The position numbers were made by a program, and so were the translations under genes. This document shows positions 57,640-64,000 of a DNA stretch of 64,000 nucleotides, piece by piece; position 1 is the first letter of the stretch; every line of letters begins with the position of its first letter. The DNA comes from a virus: positions 6,981 through 70,980 of IMG/VR virus record IMGVR_UViG_3300050821_005575. One strand, given 5' to 3'. The notes under the pieces are model-generated. The model saw nothing but the letters and a program-made list of their open reading frames with translations. It did not search any database and was not told where the DNA came from.

Positions 57640-57897
57640 ATGACGACGAGCGACGAGAGGTACCCTCAGCACGCGAAGTTGAAGAAGGTTTCTGATAAGA
57701 CGCAGTTCGTCCATGACTTTCTGACCTTCTGTGAAGGGAAGGGTATCAGCCTTCAGACTGAGGATGGCGTCTACAAGCGACACGCAGATCTGCTTTACGA
57801 GTTCACCGGGATCGACCAGTGGAAGCTCGAGGACGAAAAGCGGTCGCTGATCGAAGACTGCAGGAAAATGATCGACAGTAGCAGGAAGAAGAGGTGA
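57640..57897 (+). CDS. Hypothetical protein
   Basis: AAGGAGG RBS. Confidence 0.6.
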   Translation: MTTSDERYPQHAKLKKVSDKTQFVHDFLTFCEGKGISLQTEDGVYKRHADLLYEFTGIDQWKLEDEKRSLIEDCRKMIDSSRKKR

Positions 57898-58111
57898 CCT
57901 GCCGCATCTGCCGTCAGCGTCCGGACTTCCGTGCGATCAAGCAGGTTCGCCTGCGCGCGGCGATCTACGGGATCGTCCCGTACGGACTCTGCCTGTGCGG
58001 AATGGAGGTCCTGCCGGACCGGAACGACGTAAACTACCGGAGAAGGTGGAAACGGGCCCTCTGGAGGGCCGTTTCCAGCGCCGGTAACCAGGGGTAATCG
58101 AGGGTGAAACG

Positions 58112-58606
58112 GTGACGAAGAAGGACAGGATCCGCTTCTGGAGCAAGGTGAAGGTCGACCCGACGACCGGCTGCTGGATCTGGACGGCGGCGGTCCGGAC
58201 CTGGAAGGCGGAGCCATGGGATGGGGGCTTTGGCGCCTTCAAGCTCTACGGGAAGGTCGAGCGGGCTCACAAAGTCGCCTACCGGATCCTCTTCGGCTGC
58301 TGGCCGCCAAGAGGGAAGGTCCTCCGGCACGGCTGCGACAACCGGCGCTGCGTGAATGTCCTGGAACACATCGAGCCCGGGACGCAGAAGCAGAACGTCG
58401 CCGACATGATCGCTCGAGGAAGGTCGATTCAGCAGCGTCGAAAGGCTACAATTTCACAGGGAGACGAGAATGGGCAATCCGAACCTTCGCAAGGGCAAAC
58501 CGAATCCGTACGGACCGACCGGCCTGTCGAGACGGGTTTTACTGCAGTTAGAGGACGGTCCCGCGACGATCAGTTCTATCCTTGGCGAGATGGTACCGCG
58601 CAGTGA
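58112..58606 (+). CDS. HNH endonuclease
   Basis: RFWSKV..CWIW..AHKVAY..HGCDNRRCVN..H..GTQKQN. Confidence 0.88.
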   Translation: MTKKDRIRFWSKVKVDPTTGCWIWTAAVRTWKAEPWDGGFGAFKLYGKVERAHKVAYRILFGCWPPRGKVLRHGCDNRRCVNVLEHIEPGTQKQNVADMIARGRSIQQRRKATISQGDENGQSEPSQGQTESVRTDRPVETGFTAVRGRSRDDQFYPWRDGTAQ

Positions 58607-58832
58607 TGGGGTCAACCGTGGGACGATCCTGACGATCTTGAACCGGGCGATCCTGAACGGCCTCGTGACGACGAACCGCCTGGACGGCGCGAAGAAGCCG
58701 TACCTCTTCGAGCTGACGGACGGCGGCCGACGCCGGATCGAGTGGATCCACGGCACGAAGGCGAAGGTTAAAGCGCCGCCCAGGTCGAAGCTCCGGATCG
58801 TCGCGAACCCGAATGTCGAGGAGGATGAGTGA
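58470..58832 (+). CDS. Winged-helix DNA-binding protein
   Basis: VLLQLEDGP...GLV...FELTDGGR (PadR/MarR-like wing). Confidence 0.6.
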   Translation: MGNPNLRKGKPNPYGPTGLSRRVLLQLEDGPATISSILGEMVPRSDGVNRGTILTILNRAILNGLVTTNRLDGAKKPYLFELTDGGRRRIEWIHGTKAKVKAPPRSKLRIVANPNVEEDE

Positions 58833-59134
58833 TGGGCAAGCTCGACGGTGGCGAAATGAGCGACGACATCGAAGAGATCAAGGCTATGATCGCCGACGCC
58901 AATGAGGAGGCACTCCTGGCAGACGGCTTCGACGGCGCGCTGATCGGGTTCGTCGAGATTCCTGGGAAGCTGGTCGCGTTGTACGACAAGGAGAAGTGTA
59001 TCGAGATCCTGATGCTCCGGGACGGCATGTCCTACGAAGGGGCCTACGACTTCTTCGAGTTCAATGTCCGGGACGCCTTCGTTGGCGAGGGGACCCCAGC
59101 CTTCGCGACGATCCTGAGGAAGTCTGCACACTAG
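58832..59134 (+). CDS. Conserved phage hypothetical protein
   Basis: ADGFDGALIG..YD..CIEIL..A..FFEFN..VGEGTP; stop inside site 59126. Confidence 0.75.
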   Translation: MGKLDGGEMSDDIEEIKAMIADANEEALLADGFDGALIGFVEIPGKLVALYDKEKCIEILMLRDGMSYEGAYDFFEFNVRDAFVGEGTPAFATILRKSAH

Positions 59135-59192
59135 ATAAATTCTGTGCCGTAGGATATATAATCGTACAGCGGGAAGATAATAAGGAGTCGAC

Positions 59193-59393
59193 ATGCTTTC
59201 GTTGATGCCAGGGCTCATCTGCTTTCACGGGAAAGAGTCTGGGGTCATCCTGGCAATAAGCTCCGACGAGAAGTGCGCGCTATTTGCAGGGAAGGACATG
59301 ACTCCTCTTCGGTGGGTAGAGATTGGTGAGATCACCGGGGATCCGGCTGCAATAGTCTCCGGAGATGACATCAAGAAGCTTCGCCCCAGGTAA
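59193..59393 (+). CDS. Hypothetical cassette protein
   Basis: TAAGGAG RBS; stop is the first TAA of site 59391. Confidence 0.6.
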   Translation: MLSLMPGLICFHGKESGVILAISSDEKCALFAGKDMTPLRWVEIGEITGDPAAIVSGDDIKKLRPR

Positions 59394-59418
59394 TCTTAGT
59401 GGAAGAAGATAAACAGCT

Positions 59419-59871
59419 ATGAAAGTGATACCTAAGCTGTTCCATGGCACCTTGGTAAAGTACGTCTCAGATATCCTCGAAAAAGGTATCGAAGAGGGGG
59501 AAGGCTGGGGCGGCGCTGGAACTGTCGGTACGTTCCTTTCTGGGACACCAGAAGGAGCTCTGTATTGGGCGAAGCTCGCGTACATGCGGTACAACGACGA
59601 GAGGATGGAGGCTGACAGGTTCGATCGTGACCACGGCGATGAGGCAGACAAACTAATCGCCGTAATTGCCGTCCAAATACCTACCCACGCTGAAGATGAA
59701 CTAAAGGCCGATGAGGAACAGTTCGAGGACGTCATGGCGGACTTTTCTCCGGACGACTGGAGGCAGTCGTTAAAGGAGATCGGAGACGTGCGTTTTGACG
59801 GCTCGATTCCTCCGGAGTGGATAAAAGAAGTTATTCGCCCAAGCGACGTAAAGACGTCTGGCCGTAGGTAA
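59419..59871 (+). CDS. ADP-ribosyltransferase-fold protein (tentative)
   Basis: LFHGT...IL..GI...FLS....A..WA...IPPEWI resembles ART/Tpt1-like motifs; stop in site 59869. Confidence 0.55.
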   Translation: MKVIPKLFHGTLVKYVSDILEKGIEEGEGWGGAGTVGTFLSGTPEGALYWAKLAYMRYNDERMEADRFDRDHGDEADKLIAVIAVQIPTHAEDELKADEEQFEDVMADFSPDDWRQSLKEIGDVRFDGSIPPEWIKEVIRPSDVKTSGRR

Positions 59872-59903
59872 TCTTCTCGGCAGAAGATAATAGAAAGGAT
59901 TTT

Positions 59904-60116
59904 ATGGCCGTACCAAAAGTCATCCGGAAGTTGCTTATCGGGAGTTACGTGAAGTTGAAGAAGCCGATCCATCGACACGACCTTCACATCCCAAAGGGAA
60001 CTGTCGGATACATCATGAGCGTCAGCGAGCGCGGCACGTCAGCAATGATTGGCTTCGACGACGGAAGGAAGTACGGGAAGTTCGAGTGCTGGTTCAAGGA
60101 TCTCGACCCCGCCTAG
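59904..60116 (+). CDS. Small SH3-like hypothetical protein
   Basis: GSYVKL...IPKGTVG.I..V pattern; stop in CCTAGG before site 60118. Confidence 0.55.
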   Translation: MAVPKVIRKLLIGSYVKLKKPIHRHDLHIPKGTVGYIMSVSERGTSAMIGFDDGRKYGKFECWFKDLDPA

Positions 60117-60125
60117 GTAATCTTC

Positions 60126-60557
60126 ATGGAAAAGCCGAAGTTCCAACTCAAGCGCCAGGGAACCGTGATCGTCGAGTACGACGACGAGAACGGCTACACC
60201 GTCGGCCTGCCGGACGGCTCGGTCGAGTTCGCGACCAGCAGGAAGGGCGTTGAGAGGATCGCGAAGAAGTGGAGCAAGGAGAACATTCCGCCCGGGTACA
60301 ACGGTGGACTCCTGGAGATCGACTACCGCAGCGAAGGCCCGCGCAAGAATCCGATTGAGGATCCGTTCATATTCCATCTGAAGCCTAGCGGCTGGACCGG
60401 TGCTCCTTGTCCGATCTGCGGCTGCGCGACCAAGAACCTCCGGGCAAAGCATCGGGCGTTGAAGGCAGATGAGGCGCACGAGTGGGGCGTCCCGTACATC
60501 AAGCGCGTCAGCGTGTCGTTCGGCGGGGACTTCTCCGACGAGCCTCTGAAGGAGTGA
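60126..60557 (+). CDS. Two-module hypothetical protein joined at RKNP
   Basis: ATG directly after the family B left arm; CPICG in the second module. Confidence 0.6.
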   Translation: MEKPKFQLKRQGTVIVEYDDENGYTVGLPDGSVEFATSRKGVERIAKKWSKENIPPGYNGGLLEIDYRSEGPRKNPIEDPFIFHLKPSGWTGAPCPICGCATKNLRAKHRALKADEAHEWGVPYIKRVSVSFGGDFSDEPLKE

Positions 60558-60558
60558 T

Positions 60559-60900
60559 ATGAGCCTTTCCTGCTACGACACCGTCGAGAGGCATGTCCGA
60601 GGTGAAGGGACTGACTACGGCACGACAGGATTCTTGATCCTAACGCACGGATCCCTTCGGCTGGTCTGGAGGCCCGGGAGCACGATCTGGGCTGGAATCG
60701 GCCGCACGGCATACTCTCCCGCGTGCCTTCAGGTCGAAGGCTATGGGTCGCGGGCGCTAAAAGGCACCGAACTATTAAGCGGAGGACGACTGACCGAGGA
60801 TCGGTGGCTGTCGGTCAGGAAGAAAATCTCAATCCTCCTCTCAGTTCCTTTAGAGATGATCCCGGAGATGCTTCCGGAGCGTACAATCGAGTTCCCCTAG
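60559..60900 (+). CDS. Hypothetical protein
   Basis: AAGGAG RBS; stop in CCTAGG before site 60902. Confidence 0.6.
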   Translation: MSLSCYDTVERHVRGEGTDYGTTGFLILTHGSLRLVWRPGSTIWAGIGRTAYSPACLQVEGYGSRALKGTELLSGGRLTEDRWLSVRKKISILLSVPLEMIPEMLPERTIEFP

Positions 60901-60926
60901 GTAATCTTCTTGGTGGAAGATAAACG

Positions 60927-61115
60927 ATGCACATCAACACGCGCCAGTGGAGCCCATGGGACGGGTACTATTGGTGGCATCGCTGGGAGAACGGCCGGGC
61001 CGAAGTCGTTCCGGTCTTCGTCTCGAAGTTCAGAGCATGGCGCCCGGTTCAGCAGCGGCCTCGAGATGGCACAGTCGTTCGCCATAAGACAGGCGGCTTA
61101 AAGCGCGTTGCCTAG
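60927..61115 (+). CDS. Hypothetical cassette protein
   Basis: Exactly fills the space between sites 60902 and 61117. Confidence 0.5.
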   Translation: MHINTRQWSPWDGYYWWHRWENGRAEVVPVFVSKFRAWRPVQQRPRDGTVVRHKTGGLKRVA

Positions 61116-61181
61116 GTAATCTGTTCTGCGTACGATTATAGCTGCACAGATCTGTGATTCGGTGCCGGAAGAGAGGTAGGC

Positions 61182-61412
61182 GTGGTCGACAATCTGCTGC
61201 ACTTCAGGACGATGTTCGGCGCGTCGCTCGGGGCGGTCATGCTGCTGGCCTTCTTCGTCGTGACCCGGTCGCGGTACTCGATCCTCCGGAAGTACTCGCT
61301 CCTGAGGGAACGTCCATACGGATGCAAGAAGTGCCTCGTCTGCGGCGGCGAGATTCGGGACCTGTGCAGCAGTCATCACAACCACGACTGGTGCCGCTGC
61401 GTCTGGCGCTAA
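61182..61412 (+). CDS. Small membrane protein with Cys/His tail
   Basis: TM segment followed by CKKCLVC. Confidence 0.5.
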   Translation: MVDNLLHFRTMFGASLGAVMLLAFFVVTRSRYSILRKYSLLRERPYGCKKCLVCGGEIRDLCSSHHNHDWCRCVWR

Positions 61413-61462
61413 ACTCCGGGAAACCGTAGAATCATACCTGCGACCGGGCGCAGGGGGCTCGC

Positions 61463-61786
61463 CTGAAAGTCTACGCGATCAAGGGCTCGAACTGCCCACT
61501 TCGGATCCAGATCTCCGACGACGAGATTGTCGCCTGCCTGCAGTTCCGTGACGAGCGCGGGGATCCGTTCTACTGGAAGCTGGTCTCGGTCGACACGGCG
61601 ACGAGGCTGATCTGCGAGTTCCAGATGACCGTCGCCTTCCTGCTGCCGGATACGCCGGAGGAGCAGATCACACCCGAAGCTCCTGGAGGGTCCGACGATT
61701 GTACCGGAGGGACTCGAAGCCCAGAACCTCCTGGGCGATCCGATCCGCCTCGTCCTGGACCGCCTGAGGTGTCCGCTTCGTCGTGA
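61463..61786 (+). CDS. Hypothetical protein with probable CTG start (not in the track)
   Basis: Open frame LKVYAIKGSNCPLRIQISDDEIVACLQF... with typical codon usage and a GGGGG RBS-like run. Confidence 0.4.
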   Translation: MKVYAIKGSNCPLRIQISDDEIVACLQFRDERGDPFYWKLVSVDTATRLICEFQMTVAFLLPDTPEEQITPEAPGGSDDCTGGTRSPEPPGRSDPPRPGPPEVSASS

Positions 61787-62066
61787 TCGGCCGGGAATGC
61801 TCCGGATACCGGAGACGCTTGCCGACAATGTGCCCGAGTTCGTGCGCGGACATCCCGAGGATCTCTTCGTCGAGGAGTTCGATCTCGGCGGCCTTCGCGA
61901 AACAGACCGTGTACACGCGGTGATTCGTATGGGCGAACTGGCGCCATTTTGCGGCGTGATGCCGGTCCGCCAGCGGGCAGAAGGTGAACCGGACGGACCG
62001 GATCCATGGAAACCTAAGTGCCGCCTGCGCCCGGATCAGACCGAAGAGGACCTCGACTCGGCTCAC
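61668..62066 (-). CDS. Putative zinc metallopeptidase-like protein
   Basis: AHELGH...EAD motif; GGAGG RBS. Confidence 0.6.
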   Translation of the reverse strand: MSRVEVLFGLIRAQAALRFPWIRSVRFTFCPLADRHHAAKWRQFAHTNHRVYTVCFAKAAEIELLDEEILGMSAHELGHIVGKRLRYPEHSRPITTKRTPQAVQDEADRIAQEVLGFESLRYNRRTLQELRV

Positions 62067-62067
62067 G

Positions 62068-62577
62068 TCACTCCTCCACGGACTGGCGTCGGCCGGTCGG
62101 CAGCGGCGCCGTGTCGCGCTTGACGCGGTCGGCGATCGTCTTCAAGTGCCCCTCGATCTTCTCGAGGAAGCCGTCCTCGACCTGATTCTTCATGACCTCG
62201 ACGATCGGCCGGGCCTCCTTCAGGAAGTCCTTGATCGAGTCCGTCGTGTACTGGTTCGTCTTGAGGCCTGTGTAGGCCATCCGGACCGTCATCGAGACCC
62301 GGCGGATGCTCGTGATCGTCGCCGGGACGATGAAGGCGAGGCCGAAGGTCATCAGGACGATCGCCATGACGGCCGGAGCGACCATTCCGATCGTACTGAG
62401 CTTCGTGTAGCCGAGAAACAGCGCGGCGCCGACAGCCCCAGCCAGGAGCGGGACCGTCGTCGACATGAGGATGCAGACCTTCCAGACGCGCCTGATCTCC
62501 CGGTCGAGCTCCTCCGGCGGGACGATATTCTCGAAGGTGATCGCCGGAATCTTTTGTGACTTGTCAAGTTCGTCCAC
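62068..62577 (-). CDS. Two-TM membrane protein
   Basis: Two hydrophobic helices. Confidence 0.65.
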   Translation of the reverse strand: MDELDKSQKIPAITFENIVPPEELDREIRRVWKVCILMSTTVPLLAGAVGAALFLGYTKLSTIGMVAPAVMAIVLMTFGLAFIVPATITSIRRVSMTVRMAYTGLKTNQYTTDSIKDFLKEARPIVEVMKNQVEDGFLEKIEGHLKTIADRVKRDTAPLPTGRRQSVEE

Positions 62578-62579
62578 GG

Positions 62580-62894
62580 CTAGATCCTCGTGGTCTGCTG
62601 GTTTTCATAGGGGTTATATTGATCCGTAAAGCCCGGCTCCATGAGCGGCGTGGACCGGCCGGGCGGCTGGAACGGGTTCTCCCGGGCCTTGAGCGGCAGG
62701 GAAAGATGAACTCCAGGTACGGACGGATCGATGAAAACGATCCGGAGCCAGCTCCCGTCGACCTCCTGGACCTTCACGACCTGAATGAGGCTGCCGGTCT
62801 CCTTGTGTTGCCAGACACGGGCAATCCTGATCGACCGTTTGTGGGTCCCAGCTCCGGGGCGATTCTTGATGATGATGTACGGCGCGTCAGCCAT
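62580..62894 (-). CDS. Hypothetical protein
   Basis: GGAGG RBS. Confidence 0.55.
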   Translation of the reverse strand: MADAPYIIIKNRPGAGTHKRSIRIARVWQHKETGSLIQVVKVQEVDGSWLRIVFIDPSVPGVHLSLPLKARENPFQPPGRSTPLMEPGFTDQYNPYENQQTTRI

Positions 62895-62897
62895 GTT

Positions 62898-63119
62898 CTA
62901 ACCCTCCTTCTTCGTTTCGATCTTCTCGAGCTTCGGAAACTCCAGGTAGCCGGGCGCGCCAGGAAAGCCGAACATCCCACCCATGCCGACGACCGGCATC
63001 ATCCGCATGACGACCTCTCGGCAGATGACGCAGTAGTCGATCCCCATGTACTGAGCCTGCGCGGTTCCACCGCAACGGAAGCATGGCTTCTTCTTGTGCA
63101 GGAACTTGAAGAAGTTCAT
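62898..63119 (-). CDS. Small zinc-finger protein
   Basis: CFRC...CVIC. Confidence 0.55.
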   Translation of the reverse strand: MNFFKFLHKKKPCFRCGGTAQAQYMGIDYCVICREVVMRMMPVVGMGGMFGFPGAPGYLEFPKLEKIETKKEG

Positions 63120-63565
63120 CGGCCCCTGAGACTCTTGCTGGCCGCGTACGCTGGGTCGGTCTTCGACGCCTTCCAGTCAGAGATCTTCGACTTCGCGGAC
63201 ATCAAGAGACCGCCAACCGGGATCAGCCAGGACCACTTCGAGACGATGTTCTGCATCGCGACGACGTTCGGGTTGTTACCGGCGGCTGAGATGTCCGAGA
63301 GGATCGCAGGAGTCCCAGCGGCGGGTGCCGCCGCGGGGGTCGCAGCTGGAGTCAGTTGCGCCGGGAGCGGCGCCGGGACCGTCTGGCCGAGGCAGCTCCC
63401 GCCGCACTGACAGCCAGGACAGCAGGCACCGAAGCCGGAACGAAGCTCTGCGGCACGGGCGGTCGCCCGGGCGACGAGCGCGGAGGCCCTTGCCGGATCA
63501 ACGCCGCGGGCGACGAGGCTTGCCCGCACGTCTGCGGCGGTGGCGGTCTGTTCGGCGGTCAGCAT
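63116..63565 (-). CDS. Putative virion membrane protein with GFG/LGQ motifs
   Basis: ATG 63565 with GGAGG RBS; SGFGACCPGCQCGGSCLGQ, Ala/Pro linker, hydrophobic C-terminal segment. Confidence 0.55.
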   Translation of the reverse strand: MLTAEQTATAADVRASLVARGVDPARASALVARATARAAELRSGFGACCPGCQCGGSCLGQTVPAPLPAQLTPAATPAAAPAAGTPAILSDISAAGNNPNVVAMQNIVSKWSWLIPVGGLLMSAKSKISDWKASKTDPAYAASKSLRGR

Positions 63566-63567
63566 GG

Positions 63568-64000
63568 CTATTCTGCCTCCTCTGTCTCTGCGTCTTCCTT
63601 TTCGGATTCCTCGCCTTCCTCGTCGTCCTCTTCCTCCTCTTCGCCTTCCTCCTCTTCGCTGTCTTCCTCTTCGGACTCCCACTTCTCGACGAAGTCTCCC
63701 CACGACCCGACGACGAAGTCCTCCTCGTCCGTGTCGTAGCAGATCGTCTTGTCGTACGTGTCCCCGAGGTTCACGTACAGGAGGATCGTGTCCCGCCAGT
63801 ACTTGCCGAGATCCGCACCCTCCCCGGAGACACCTTCGACGCCGTGGCCGTCCAGTATCTTGTCCACCGTCTCCATCGCTTCGTTCACGGCCTCCAGGAA
63901 CTCGTCGTCGTTCTCGGAGACCTTGTCCGGACGGGCCAGCGCGTCGGCGAGCTCGCGAAGCTTCTCGGAGTCGATCTCCGGGAATTCCCTCGTGAGCTCT
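63568..64000 (-). CDS. Phage hypothetical protein with acidic tail (5' truncated by the window)
   Basis: HGVE..YVNLGDTY..SWGD motif; frame open to the window edge. Confidence 0.65.
   Translation of the reverse strand, partial: ELTREFPEIDSEKLRELADALARPDKVSENDDEFLEAVNEAMETVDKILDGHGVEGVSGEGADLGKYWRDTILLYVNLGDTYDKTICYDTDEEDFVVGSWGDFVEKWESEEEDSEEEEGEEEEEDDEEGEESEKEDAETEEAE

Larger units (their letters stand above)
59159..61138. repeat. Family B sites TAATCTTC-N6-GAAGATAA (8-6-8) delimiting a gene array
   Basis: Copies at 59159, 59391, 59869, 60118 (left arm only), 60902, 61117; the last five are preceded by AGG, three of them by CCTAGG. Confidence 0.9.
33823..61165. repeat. Dispersed family A sites GCAC-N14-GTGC (8-6-8 inverted arms), 16 copies
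   Basis: Starts at 33823, 35708, 37510, 41681, 46415, 47024, 47338, 48528, 48693 (21 bp), 48791, 49037, 49241 (23 bp), 50664, 54150, 59126, 61144; all at gene junctions; two copies have one mismatch in the GCAC/GTGC ends. Confidence 0.9.

Noticed and set aside
33823-61165. Family A sites as canonical dif or CRP sites
   Set aside because: Arms match neither the XerD arm TTATGTTAAAT nor CRP TGTGA-N6-TCACA; only the geometry is similar.
33823-61165. Classical integron attC sites
   Set aside because: No RYYYAAC/GTTRRRY ends or long hairpins, and I see no IntI-specific insertion in the recombinase.
61409-61828. Minus-strand track ORF 61409..61828
   Set aside because: Reads as the antisense shadow of a plus-strand frame starting near 61463.

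Overview
This looks like an internal 64-kb slice of a GC-rich bacterial dsDNA virus, probably non-tailed: I see jelly-roll-like capsid candidates and no terminase, portal or tail genes in the window. Layout: (i) 1-16.2 kb and 61.7-64 kb on the minus strand form a virion module. It includes a candidate major capsid gene split by a group I intron carrying a LAGLIDADG endonuclease, Arg-rich and NP-motif core proteins, and a membrane-anchored transglutaminase-like protease. (ii) 16.7-24 kb on the plus strand is a replication module (DinG-like helicase, Sak4/AAA_24 ATPase, SSB-like protein, primase-SF3 helicase, putative origin). (iii) 26-33 kb and 37.5-40 kb hold glycosyl-, methyl- and acetyltransferase genes. 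(iv) 33.7-61.7 kb is a dense accessory region of small genes with a complete tmRNA, a tyrosine recombinase and many HNH genes. The most striking unexplained signal is two families of 22-bp 8-6-8 inverted-arm sites at gene junctions in the accessory region: GCAC-N14-GTGC (16 copies found by eye) and TAATCTTC-N6-GAAGATAA (6 copies, one a half-site). The second family is nested between two copies of the first and shows a split-target pattern. I infer a phage-borne, integron-like gene-cassette system; operator sites are the main alternative. All product calls come from motif recognition by eye, not database searches.
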